From IMG/VR virus record IMGVR_UViG_3300028883_000011, positions 1-57,904 of that record: 57,904 nt of DNA; one strand, written 5' to 3'. This DNA is from a virus. Its lineage: Duplodnaviria; Caudoviricetes. The translations under genes were made by a program, and so were the position numbers. A model generated the notes under the pieces. It had not been told where the DNA came from. It saw only the letters and a program-made list of their open reading frames with translations, and made no database searches. Shown piece by piece: positions 18,649-28,170 of the stretch. Positions within the stretch are counted from its first letter, which is position 1. The number at the start of each line of letters is the position of its first letter.

Positions 18649-19835
18649 TGAGCTACACATGGGATGACATTCCAAGCGCCTTGAATTCTCTGAATTTCGA
18701 GGCCAACTTTCGGGCGGCCCTCGAGGGGTGGAAAGATAACCTTGAAGACATGGAAACCCGAATCCCCGACGGGGATTATAGGGAATTAGTTTATTCTAAG
18801 ACAGTTTACAAAAGAAATACTGTCCCAACCGGTGGCGCGTCAACTGATGCAGCATCAAGACGATCCTTTGTTTTACCTTCTTGGATGCTGATAGGAATTA
18901 ATGAAGTATTTTATTCTGTGGGGGCTTCCCAGACACTTGATTTAAACACTTCTGCTAACTGGAATAGCTCTGAAACAACATATGCGACTGCTGCTAATAG
19001 AGCTGGTAAAGATGTCTATGTATATGCTTGTGAACCGTCAAGTGGTACAACTCCTGATATAGTATTTAGTTGTGATAGTAGCTACCCGGATGATTATACT
19101 GCTGCATCAAGTAGGAAAATAGGTGGTTTTCATTGCCTTTGCGCTGCGGTAGGTACAATCGCTGGGCATGAGCTGACTGGGTATCTACAAGGAGATATAC
19201 TGCCGAATTCAGTGTGGGATCTACTGTACAGAGCGCAAAGTGAGAACGAAGGTATGGTATGGTCTGAAAAAGCTGGCATCTGGGTAGATATATATTTGGC
19301 CTCAGGCACTGGAGCTTCTACGGCATCTGTGAATGGTGGAACGATCAGTGATAATCGCAACTGGATGGATGTTGTTGATGATTTTGCAGCAGTGAAAAAG
19401 CGGATGCTGGATGACGATGAGTTCACGACAATAGCAGCGGGATCGAATGAAGAAACAAATATCACCGGTAGCGCAGACCCTGTTACCACAGGTGGACACT
19501 CGGATACCGCAAGCCAGCGGATGATATCTGATATCGGTTGTGAAGATTGTTGTGGGGCAGTGTACCAGTGGTTACGAACGCAAACTTATCAAGGCAACCT
19601 AGACGGAGGCGGTGCCTTTGATGAAGCTTATACTTGGAAAGATCAGACAGATGGCCAAGGGGAACTTGCCACTCAAGGGGACTATGGCGATGCGAAGTTG
19701 CTGGCAGGCGGCTATTGGAATGCTGGGGTGAAATGTGGGTCGCGGTCTCGCAATATGAATAGCTATCGCTGGGTTACGTATGGATTTGCCGGGGCGCGCG
19801 GTTGCGCGGAGCCACGCGTTGTGAATTTGGACTAA
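18648..19835 (+). CDS. Mtd-like receptor-binding protein with C-terminal CLec-fold variable region (DGR-target type)
   Basis: SRKIGGFH, SVWDL, WVDIYLAS and terminal LLAGGYW...CGSRSR...GARGCAEP resemble Bordetella BPP-1 Mtd. Confidence 0.85.
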   Translation: MSYTWDDIPSALNSLNFEANFRAALEGWKDNLEDMETRIPDGDYRELVYSKTVYKRNTVPTGGASTDAASRRSFVLPSWMLIGINEVFYSVGASQTLDLNTSANWNSSETTYATAANRAGKDVYVYACEPSSGTTPDIVFSCDSSYPDDYTAASSRKIGGFHCLCAAVGTIAGHELTGYLQGDILPNSVWDLLYRAQSENEGMVWSEKAGIWVDIYLASGTGASTASVNGGTISDNRNWMDVVDDFAAVKKRMLDDDEFTTIAAGSNEETNITGSADPVTTGGHSDTASQRMISDIGCEDCCGAVYQWLRTQTYQGNLDGGGAFDEAYTWKDQTDGQGELATQGDYGDAKLLAGGYWNAGVKCGSRSRNMNSYRWVTYGFAGARGCAEPRVVNLD

Positions 19836-19899
19836 AACTTTCGCAAATGAGTAAACCTTTGCTATCTGCTTAAAGGTAGTCATTATATATTGTCCGCTG

Positions 19900-19932
19900 C
19901 TCCGGGAGCGTTGCCGGATGTCCGCTCCTGGG
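19900..19932. terminator. GC-rich hairpin between the convergent adhesin and integrase genes
   Basis: CCGGGAGCG...CGCTCCTGG inverted repeat. Confidence 0.45.
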
Positions 19933-19933
19933 T

Positions 19934-21169
19934 TTATGCTTTTTTCTTCAGCTGAACCACTTTCTCTCCGGAAATGATCTGTTTGACTCTTTCCGACCAG
20001 ATCTCCATTGCATCCTTGCGCTGTTCCAGATATTCGGCCTTGTTGTAGACAGCCATCACCCCCTGCATTTTATGATCAAGGATTTTTTCGACCACATACG
20101 GCTCAATCTCAGGGATCTCGTTCATGTGAGTAGAGACAGTCCGGCGGAGATCATGAGGGGTCCATTTCTTCATTTTAAAGTGCTTCCGGTTGCGCTTCAC
20201 CGCCTGTGCAAGAGAGTCATAAACAATCGGTTTTTCAACCCGGCTGCGCGGTGACTGAACCAGGTATTGACTATTGCCGGAGAGATCCTCCAGATCCCGC
20301 AAGAGTTCGATAATAAAACCGGTCAGCATCACCTTGTGAGGTTTCCTATTTTTATCTTTTTTCGTTGTTTTCAGCCTGGCCACCGGGATGGACCAGATGC
20401 GTTTTTCATAATCAATTTCAGCCTTCCTGGCGCCCAGGACCTCGTTCACCCGAAGGCCGGTTAAAAGCAGAACCTTTAAAACCACTGCCATGGAGTATTC
20501 AAACGGCGGGCTTTCCAATTTCTCCCACAATTTTTTTATTTCTGATTGTCTGAGAAACCGGTCCCTGGACGTTTCGGTGCCGCCGGCAGATTTTTTGGTC
20601 AGGCCCAGGGTTGGGTTGTGCATGGCATCAATTACTCCGCGATCGCATGCAAATGTGAACAACCCGCGGATAGCGGATAAAGTCCTGTTTGCCTGAACGG
20701 GAGCTCCTCGATCGGAGACAATATCGAGCAGGTCAATTAGTTCCCGCCGGGTGACATCGGCCACTTTGCGATCCCCAATGAACGGAATCACGTTTTTATC
20801 GAGAAGGTATTTTGGTTTTTCCGGCGCTTTGAGTTCCTTGACCAGATATCTTTCGTAATATTCCCGGGCGAACTCCTCAACGGACGGCTGCAGGTGTTTT
20901 TCCAGGGATTGGTCTTTCTCTAGTTCGATGGGGTCAACACCCCTGGCCAGAATCTTTCTTTGCTCCTGATGGATCTCCCGGGCCTCTGCCAGGTTGATGT
21001 CTGGGTAGTTCCCGATGATTTTCCGGCGCTGTTTCCCGCCGAATGAATACCGGTGGAAGAACTGTTTTTTCCCGTTTGGTTTGATCCGGACATGTAGTCC
21101 CTGGCCGTCATGGAGTTCGTATTCTTTTTCTTTTGGTTTCGCTGTCTTCAATTGTCTGTCGATCAACAT
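19934..21169 (-). CDS. int: Tyrosine integrase with N-terminal arm-binding domain (P4-like)
   Basis: DGQGLHVR..GKK arm domain; TGLR, HDLRR, ILDH, VYN catalytic residues. Confidence 0.95.
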   Translation of the reverse strand: MLIDRQLKTAKPKEKEYELHDGQGLHVRIKPNGKKQFFHRYSFGGKQRRKIIGNYPDINLAEAREIHQEQRKILARGVDPIELEKDQSLEKHLQPSVEEFAREYYERYLVKELKAPEKPKYLLDKNVIPFIGDRKVADVTRRELIDLLDIVSDRGAPVQANRTLSAIRGLFTFACDRGVIDAMHNPTLGLTKKSAGGTETSRDRFLRQSEIKKLWEKLESPPFEYSMAVVLKVLLLTGLRVNEVLGARKAEIDYEKRIWSIPVARLKTTKKDKNRKPHKVMLTGFIIELLRDLEDLSGNSQYLVQSPRSRVEKPIVYDSLAQAVKRNRKHFKMKKWTPHDLRRTVSTHMNEIPEIEPYVVEKILDHKMQGVMAVYNKAEYLEQRKDAMEIWSERVKQIISGEKVVQLKKKA

Positions 21170-21200
21170 TTGGTCAACCTGTGCGGAAATTGAAAAATCC

Positions 21201-21490
21201 CAGGGACTAAAATTTCAAGATAGTCCCTGGGGACTAAATAGGGACTAAATCATGTGATCTATGGTGACGTAAAATGGCCGCAAATGTCCAGCTTAAAAAC
21301 AATATACTCCTGAATTCAATGATAAACGTCCTATAAAGGAATAGTCCGACGACGTTGACGGTGTGACTCATAATCGTAAGGTCGGCAGTTCGATCCTGCC
21401 CATCGCTACCAATCATTTCAGTAGTTTACCTGCCTGCAAATTTCCTTCACACCTTCAAATCCAATTTCAGGGACTAAATAGGGACTAATT
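21201..21490. mobile_element. attP site with six GGGACTA(A) arm-type repeats around a tRNA-derived core
   Basis: Repeats at 21201, 21221 (inverted), 21230, 21241, 21470, 21481. Confidence 0.88.
21365..21411 (+). tRNA. 3' half of tRNA-CAT (Ile2 or elongator Met), the attP core; not a complete tRNA
   Basis: GACTCATAATCG anticodon loop, GGCAGTTCGATCCTGCC T arm, ends ACCA; no D arm or 5' acceptor strand. Confidence 0.88.
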
Positions 21491-21608
21491 CGCACGCCTT
21501 AAAACATCGTTTTTGGAAGAAATACTGTTGACAGCTTGGGCATGTGGGTCTAAACAGATGGTGTTGGAAAAATTCTGCTTTAAAATCAACTATTCAAGTG
21601 GGGGAAAA

Positions 21609-21950
21609 ATGAAATACATATTTACGGCCCTCCTGATCGTACTCATGACTGTAGGTGCCTCGGCACAAGAATGGTATGAGAATGGAACTTTGCACAGCTC
21701 AACCATAAAGGAGTGGAAGCAGGCAGGATACGAAAACAAAATTGCGACATCAGCTGACTGGATAATTTCTGGCAGCAAAAGTATCAAAAAAATGGTCATA
21801 AATAGCGGAAACATGCATAATCTTAAACCCTTCTGCAAAGAACTGGTAGTGTGCATTGATGGAGCCACAAAAGACCACACGAACTGGGATGCCAGCGCAA
21901 CCACAGAAGTGGCTGCATCCTGCATGACATTGATGGGGTGGCTTAAGTAA
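21609..21950 (+). CDS. Secreted/periplasmic hypothetical protein (moron)
   Basis: Signal peptide MKYIFTALLIVLMTVGASA. Confidence 0.7.
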   Translation: MKYIFTALLIVLMTVGASAQEWYENGTLHSSTIKEWKQAGYENKIATSADWIISGSKSIKKMVINSGNMHNLKPFCKELVVCIDGATKDHTNWDASATTEVAASCMTLMGWLK

Positions 21951-22092
21951 AAAAACCTAATGATTAGAAGCAAACATCTGAACGCATTGTCTTTCTATTT
22001 TGGCAGAAACATTGCTTTTCTTTGTTTCGAGTAATTGACAAATGGGGTACAATAGTATCATATGTATAAAAAACCTTTCCAAAGGAGGTATC

Positions 22093-22461
22093 ATGTCAGA
22101 AAATCAAAAAAAACTGACATTTGAATACAAGATATCAGATAATTACGCAGTGTATTCAGTTGATGGCGGACACGGTGGCGTAACACCCAAGGGCGATATA
22201 ATCATGAATCTGTTTTCAGAACGCGGCCCCATTCCAAGAAAGGAAACATTCCAAGTGAATGAAAAAGGTGGTTTAGTCACTCCTCCCATTGAAATTGAAT
22301 GCAAAGATTCAATAATAAGAAATGTTATGTTCGGCATTTCTTTAAAACCTGCAGACGCCAAATCTATCGCTGGTTGGTTACTCAATAAAGCGAAGCTCGC
22401 TGAAGACCAAAAAAAACTGAAACACCCTGAAACAATAACTGAGGATAAGTTAGATGGGTAA
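22093..22461 (+). CDS. DUF3467-like protein, first gene of a three-gene TA-like operon
   Basis: YSVDGGHGGVTPKGDIIMNLFSER...ISLKPADAKSIAGWL; RBS AAGGAGG. Confidence 0.55.
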   Translation: MSENQKKLTFEYKISDNYAVYSVDGGHGGVTPKGDIIMNLFSERGPIPRKETFQVNEKGGLVTPPIEIECKDSIIRNVMFGISLKPADAKSIAGWLLNKAKLAEDQKKLKHPETITEDKLDG

Positions 22462-22897
22462 ACCAATATTTTCAGACCAAGAATCCTTTTCATTGGCTGT
22501 CTATTCGATGCAAAACGCATTTTGTGATGGAGCGGTTACCGGTTTCTATCTTGGTGCCAATTATATGATTGATCTAATAAGGCAAAACATGCAAAACACG
22601 ACCATGTGTCAAGATTTTATTGCCCCTGGGACTATCAGAGATTTGCCAGATGAAGATTACCAGCTTAATGAAAACGTTCCTTTTGTCTTCGAATATAGCG
22701 AGGAGGGGATACTCGCCTCTATCCCGGAACTTCAAATCTTTGGAGAAGGGGATACACTAGAAGAGGCTTATAAGAATCTACAATTAGAGCTACTTGATAT
22801 AGCTGATGACATATACGATGTTCCTGACTCTGACCTTGGGGAGAATCCGTTATCATGGAAAAAAATACTGCATCGGATACTAAGGAAGTCAAAATAA
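22454..22897 (+). CDS. HicB-like antitoxin with N-terminal extension
   Basis: ILASIPELQIFGEGDTLEEAYKNL HicB motif. Confidence 0.7.
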   Translation: MGKPIFSDQESFSLAVYSMQNAFCDGAVTGFYLGANYMIDLIRQNMQNTTMCQDFIAPGTIRDLPDEDYQLNENVPFVFEYSEEGILASIPELQIFGEGDTLEEAYKNLQLELLDIADDIYDVPDSDLGENPLSWKKILHRILRKSK

Positions 22898-23193
22898 AGC
22901 GTTTCACAGACCGAGAAGTAAACAAACAAATATACAGAAAAGTCGACCCGAAAACCCGAAAAAGCAGATCCGGACACAAAAAAGGGCTTATCTGTCTAAA
23001 TGGGAAAATTGTCGCCAGAGTCAAAATCCCCAATCCTCATGATAGCTATTTATCTGGGAATTCTCTCAAAAAAATCGCAGATCAATTACTTCTAAATAAT
23101 GAGAGTTTTAATGGCTTGATTGACTGCACCGTGTCCGGGTCAGATTACTACGCCATCCTTGAAAATGTTTTCACCAAATCGGCGTCAAAATAG
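22855..23193 (+). CDS. HicA-like toxin
   Basis: RSGH...VKIPNPH...LKKIADQL pattern; basic protein. Confidence 0.6.
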   Translation: MEKNTASDTKEVKIKRFTDREVNKQIYRKVDPKTRKSRSGHKKGLICLNGKIVARVKIPNPHDSYLSGNSLKKIADQLLLNNESFNGLIDCTVSGSDYYAILENVFTKSASK

Positions 23194-23261
23194 CTTTTCT
23201 ACACCGAACACCATTCTTTCCCCACTGGAAATACGCCCCCTCACCTCCAGAATTTAGGTTT

Positions 23262-24566
23262 TCATAGCTGTCCGACAAGATCTGAACTGGAGTTTTTCAT
23301 CAGGTTCCAATACCCGATTGTTGTAGCTGGGTCTTCATGCCCAACCATGTCCTGGACCATGGGTATTGGGTGTCCCTGGGAAAGCAAATAAGTGATTGCC
23401 CACCCCCGAAGTGAGTGAAACGGTTTCACCCCATTTATTCCTAATTTTTCGACTCTTTTTTTCCCAGCCCTCCACAAATTCTTTGGTTCCCCAAAATAGA
23501 GAATACCGGTTCCATCTCCAAGAAAATATCTCTCTTCATCCGGCTTAATAGACATGTCATATTTCAGAAAATCCATCAGGCCTTTATTTTTGCTGATATC
23601 GATTACACGCCGGCTTTTGTTCCCCTTCGGGGACCAGATCTCTTCTTGTATTTCGATGCGATTTTTAACCCTTTTTCTCTTTCGAACAACAACATCGGTA
23701 ATTTCTATTTGCCCCCGATCCAGGTTGATATGTTCATACGGCAGGTGCAATACCTCCCCCTTTCTCATGCCTGTATTTTTGATCAGAAACACGGTCTTAT
23801 ACAGCAAGAAGACCCCAAGCAATTCCTTCCCTTTCCTGGCTACTGGCCTTCCGGCCTTTTTCGCCTCTCGAAGTTTTTTAAGCCGTTCCCGGTAGTCTTC
23901 CAGAATATCATTTTCGAGAAAGGTTACTTCGTCAGTTGTATATAGTACGGGCTGGGTTTTCGGTTTAGGCGGCAGTTTAAACTTGATGAGGTCCTTAACA
24001 TATCGTTCATCATCTTCATCGAACTGTTCATAGCCCCAATTCAATACAGATTTGATTGATATGCAGTAATTCCAGATTGAGCGATCACTACACCCGCTCT
24101 TTTGCATTGTGGCTAAAAACTGAGATACCCGATTCGAATTAAAATACCGTCGCTCTATCAGGTGATCTCGGTGCGTTTGCTTATAATACCGGATTGCATA
24201 GGTATATTTATCCAGAGTATTCTGGTCCCTTTGGCCAAGTCTAACCATGCTTTTCATACTGGATAAGAACTGGTCAAACAACCAATAAATCGAATTCGGC
24301 TTTTTCTCTTGTTCCCGTTTTTTTTCCTCCTGCTTTTTCTCCCGGGAGAGTTCCTGGAACGTTTTTTCCCATAGTTTTTCCAGGTATTTTATTGCAGCTT
24401 GCTTTGTCCGACGGCCTTTTTTATTGATGGGGTCACGGTATAAGACTTCATCCACCGTGCAAAGGGTACGCTGGGGAGGATTTTTTACATTACCAAGTCC
24501 ATAGAACCGGGCCTTGTAAATTCCTTTTTCTTTATCTTCAAAGAACTTCTGTCGTTTTCGGGGCAT
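23262..24566 (-). CDS. Second tyrosine recombinase/integrase
   Basis: TGMRKGE, PKG, FHSLR, VGH, TTIGY: full R-K-H-R-H-Y set. Confidence 0.9.
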   Translation of the reverse strand: MPRKRQKFFEDKEKGIYKARFYGLGNVKNPPQRTLCTVDEVLYRDPINKKGRRTKQAAIKYLEKLWEKTFQELSREKKQEEKKREQEKKPNSIYWLFDQFLSSMKSMVRLGQRDQNTLDKYTYAIRYYKQTHRDHLIERRYFNSNRVSQFLATMQKSGCSDRSIWNYCISIKSVLNWGYEQFDEDDERYVKDLIKFKLPPKPKTQPVLYTTDEVTFLENDILEDYRERLKKLREAKKAGRPVARKGKELLGVFLLYKTVFLIKNTGMRKGEVLHLPYEHINLDRGQIEITDVVVRKRKRVKNRIEIQEEIWSPKGNKSRRVIDISKNKGLMDFLKYDMSIKPDEERYFLGDGTGILYFGEPKNLWRAGKKRVEKLGINGVKPFHSLRGWAITYLLSQGHPIPMVQDMVGHEDPATTIGYWNLMKNSSSDLVGQL

Positions 24567-24848
24567 AATCAATTCAAAAGGGACTTGCCAACACCCCACG
24601 AATTGATTAGATTATAAGTTCATCAGGGGGCTGGCGGGTTTTTCGTCTCCGGCCGGGGAAACATACGTTGGACCTGTCAGCTTCTCACTCAACTCAGAAA
24701 TTCTGCAATACTTCCCTCCTTTTAGTCAATTCTAGCGCCATGCTGTTTTCATCTTTTCCGATTCTCCAACCAGGTCCAGAATATAAGCATTAGTATTATT
24801 GCAATCCCGAAGGCAGCTAATTCTAGTTTAGTCATTTTTTCAATTTTC

Positions 24849-27800
24849 TTATTTCATACTACTTTCAACTATTTGTATTTCTTTTTCTGTTAAATCGTAG
24901 AGTTCATACACAAGTTGGTTAATGCTGTTTTGGGTTTTCATTATTTTTGTTTTAATAGTATTTACTTCGGATTTCTGTTTGTTAAAGTAATCGCTCCATT
25001 TTTTTCTTTCTTCAATACTAAAATTAGTAAGATCAGTGTTTGATTTTTTTAGTCCTTTCTTAAATTGAGGCCAATCAAGTTTCATCCAATTCAGCAGATT
25101 TTTGTCTATTTTAGACAATCCAAACTCTGTTTGCATGAATTGTATAAAAGATAAAGATTTTTTATACAATTTTGTTTTTTCCTCAATTATTGTGTTAGTT
25201 TTTTCAATAAACGGTTTTTGGCGTTGACCATATACCACAGGGATTGGAAGCCTGCATACTTGATTTTCAAAGTATTCAAAAACACCGCCACCTGTCTGCT
25301 TTCCAATAGTTTTATATCTAAAGCTCAATAAATTTGAATTTAGCAAAGACAGCAGATATTTAATTGAAATATCCTTATTTGTATCAAATATTACAGTGGT
25401 GTTTGTAAGACCAATATATTTTCCCGCTGATTCATCCAATGCAAAACAGTTATCTTTCGATCTATACGAACACCAGATCTTATCGAGTTGATAATGCTCT
25501 TTATGCATTGCAAATGTATAATTCCACCATTTTGCTGTTTTTCTTCTTTTTTTATCTGCACGATTGGCCAGCTTATCCTTTTTGCTCAGAAGATATTTTT
25601 TCAGACTATTTGAAAGACACTCAAACTCTTTTTCATCTTCTACGTAAATCATCCAATCATTTAATTGATCATCGATAATGTATCGTTCGATAGCTTCTCC
25701 GTTTAAACGTCTTCTTAAATATTTTTCGGGTATTATTTTTTCAACCCCTTCAGAACAATACACATTGTTTGCTCCAGTTTGCATACCAGAACCAACAATA
25801 AATAAATCCCCCAGTTTTGCGTGTTTATTGTCTATTTTTTTGTTCAGCAAACCCGTGGCTTCTGTTGCTAAAGCAAAAACATCGTTTTTTGAAAAACTAA
25901 CATTGAATTTACGACTATCGCTATTAATAATTTCACATATCTGTTCAGGTGTATATTTCGCTTCTTTTACATTGATAACCTCTGTTGAATGGCTTTTTTT
26001 GGATTTATTTAGCTTTATTATTGCACAAGTAATTGATGCATCCGTGAACACATGATAGCGTTCAAAATTGACGATTTTTTCGAATTGTGTATTATCTAAA
26101 ATATAGTTTCTTAATTTCTTTGCTTTCGCTGAAAATAGAAATGCATTTGAGACAATAAAACAAACGTTTGAATTTGAAATATCTATTGCTTTTTTTATAA
26201 AATAGAAAAGAATATCGCTTTTATCCATCCAAACTTCTTTATATGCCTCTTGAAGATGTTTTACATACAAAGAATCTAATCCTAGTGTTTCAACGTTGAA
26301 ATAAGGTGGATTCCCAATTACAACATCAAACCCACCTTTCTTAAAGACATCAGAAAATTCTTTTTCCCATTTGAAAGCTTTATTTCCAGCTATCGCTGGA
26401 TCATCAATTAATGAATTGCCGCATTTAATGTTGTCCTTTAAGATCGTCAGCTGGGAAAACCTATTCGCTGTTTTAATCCACAAAGACAGCTTTGTTATTT
26501 CGACCGATTCACCGTTCAGGTCAACACCGTAGAGATTGTTTGAGAGAATGCTTTTATCAAGATCTTCTATATCCATTTGCCCACCCATCAGATCAGCCAG
26601 CGTATTATTTACTGTTTGCCCTTCTCTGTGGAGAAAATCAAAAGCTTGGACAAGAAAGGCCCCGGATCCGCAAGCCGGATCGAGCACCTTTATGTTTGCC
26701 AGCTTTTCTTTATAAGATGTCCAGAATTTGATGTGGCGTTCAATGTTTTTGTTATAGAGCAGCTTGTTTCCTTTCTTTGTGCGGCGGATGGATTTGTAAT
26801 CGTCTTCAGTTAGCTCGGGAAGGTATTCAACCATCAATTCCTTTTTCCTGTCCTCCAGCCAGGTCCCGATTGTGTTCTCGACAATGTATTTCGTGATGTA
26901 CTCGGGAGTATAAAAGATCCCATCTTTTTTTCTTTTTCCCTTTTTTTTATCGATTTCTTCATCGTTGATTTCGGCCCTGAACTCCTCCAGGTCGGAAATG
27001 GACTGTTCAAAGATGTGCCCGAGAATGTTGACATTCAGATCCGAATCAAAATCATAGTCCGTGATTTCTGCCAACTCATCGAATATTTCATCATCGATTA
27101 TCAGGGAATCCAATTCTGGGTCTTCTGCGAAGAGCCCCCCATTGAAAGCGTTAATGTCGTGAGCCGGGTTCCCCTTATCCAATGAAATAAAGAGACCTTT
27201 AAGTTCACCCCAGATGCTTCTCGATGTAAATGATTCCTGGGCTTGCTTTACTACTTTTCGAAAAATGCGCTCCGGCAATAACCCGGTGTCTTCACAGAAG
27301 CATATAAAAATAAACCTATCGAGCAGTTTTTGTGTTTTCTCCAGGATGAATATTTCATCGAGCCCTTTGTTTTTCTCACAAATGTGATTAAATAGATGAG
27401 TCCTGGCTAGTTTATATTCCTTATAAAACTGTTTTGATATTCTCTCTTGTTCAGCTTCATTTTGGGTGTAGAGGCCATCTATCTGGCTTTCATGGGACTT
27501 GGAAATCAGATTTTCATTGCATAGCAAATAATAGAAACGCTTGAATTCATTCTCTTCAACCAAGTCAGCGATTTTAAATGTTTCATACTCGATCATGGTT
27601 GAGTGGTGATAAAACCTTAATTCTATGTAGTTTGATACGATCACCCACTTGCAATTTTTCCCCGATTTAGGAACGTAACCAAAAGCCTGCTCTACGGGGG
27701 TGCCTGCAAATCCCTTTCTCTGTTGTTTTGCGTCAAGGTTTACTGTTGCGCCTTTAAGTTCAATGACAACTCGAATATCTTCTCCCTTGGCATCCATGAA

Positions 27801-28103
27801 TCCGAGAACTCCATCAGCTGAGGTTGCATCGAACTGCGAAGTTTGCTCATGACGCATAGTCCATTCACTCGGGGAATCAATCCTAAACTTATATCCCAGG
27901 ACATCAGAAAATAGGTTCTGCAGGAAACGCCCATCTATTGATGTCTCTTTTTCTTTAAAAACATCTTGGGATTCAATAAATTCCTTCCATTTTGATAATA
28001 TCTCGATCTTTGCAGAAAGCTCTTCACCATGCGGAAACTGAAATTTCGAAATAGCCGTATCAAGAGTCTTCTTGTTAAAGATGTGATCAACAGCGTTTGG
28101 CAT
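24849..28103 (-). CDS. Type IIG (Eco57I-like) restriction-modification fusion enzyme
   Basis: N-terminal DG...IELKG nuclease, GIFYTP, DPACGSG, GNPPY, TaqI-C-like specificity region. Confidence 0.92.
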   Translation of the reverse strand: MPNAVDHIFNKKTLDTAISKFQFPHGEELSAKIEILSKWKEFIESQDVFKEKETSIDGRFLQNLFSDVLGYKFRIDSPSEWTMRHEQTSQFDATSADGVLGFMDAKGEDIRVVIELKGATVNLDAKQQRKGFAGTPVEQAFGYVPKSGKNCKWVIVSNYIELRFYHHSTMIEYETFKIADLVEENEFKRFYYLLCNENLISKSHESQIDGLYTQNEAEQERISKQFYKEYKLARTHLFNHICEKNKGLDEIFILEKTQKLLDRFIFICFCEDTGLLPERIFRKVVKQAQESFTSRSIWGELKGLFISLDKGNPAHDINAFNGGLFAEDPELDSLIIDDEIFDELAEITDYDFDSDLNVNILGHIFEQSISDLEEFRAEINDEEIDKKKGKRKKDGIFYTPEYITKYIVENTIGTWLEDRKKELMVEYLPELTEDDYKSIRRTKKGNKLLYNKNIERHIKFWTSYKEKLANIKVLDPACGSGAFLVQAFDFLHREGQTVNNTLADLMGGQMDIEDLDKSILSNNLYGVDLNGESVEITKLSLWIKTANRFSQLTILKDNIKCGNSLIDDPAIAGNKAFKWEKEFSDVFKKGGFDVVIGNPPYFNVETLGLDSLYVKHLQEAYKEVWMDKSDILFYFIKKAIDISNSNVCFIVSNAFLFSAKAKKLRNYILDNTQFEKIVNFERYHVFTDASITCAIIKLNKSKKSHSTEVINVKEAKYTPEQICEIINSDSRKFNVSFSKNDVFALATEATGLLNKKIDNKHAKLGDLFIVGSGMQTGANNVYCSEGVEKIIPEKYLRRRLNGEAIERYIIDDQLNDWMIYVEDEKEFECLSNSLKKYLLSKKDKLANRADKKRRKTAKWWNYTFAMHKEHYQLDKIWCSYRSKDNCFALDESAGKYIGLTNTTVIFDTNKDISIKYLLSLLNSNLLSFRYKTIGKQTGGGVFEYFENQVCRLPIPVVYGQRQKPFIEKTNTIIEEKTKLYKKSLSFIQFMQTEFGLSKIDKNLLNWMKLDWPQFKKGLKKSNTDLTNFSIEERKKWSDYFNKQKSEVNTIKTKIMKTQNSINQLVYELYDLTEKEIQIVESSMK

Positions 28104-28170
28104 ATGTTTTCCTTTCTTTTCTATAGTTAGTAATACTTACAGCCGTCTAAATGTTTTCTCCCGATTTGGA

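Noticed and set aside
19835-19934. Complete DGR cassette
   Set aside because: No AAT/AAC-rich template copy and no RT (YxDD) or Avd ORF seen anywhere
21234-21416. 60-aa minus-strand ORF
   Set aside because: Antisense translation of the tRNA-derived attP core
21201-21490. GGGACTAAAT repeats as a CRISPR array
   Set aside because: Too short, irregularly spaced, mixed orientation, no cas genes; they fit integrase arm sites
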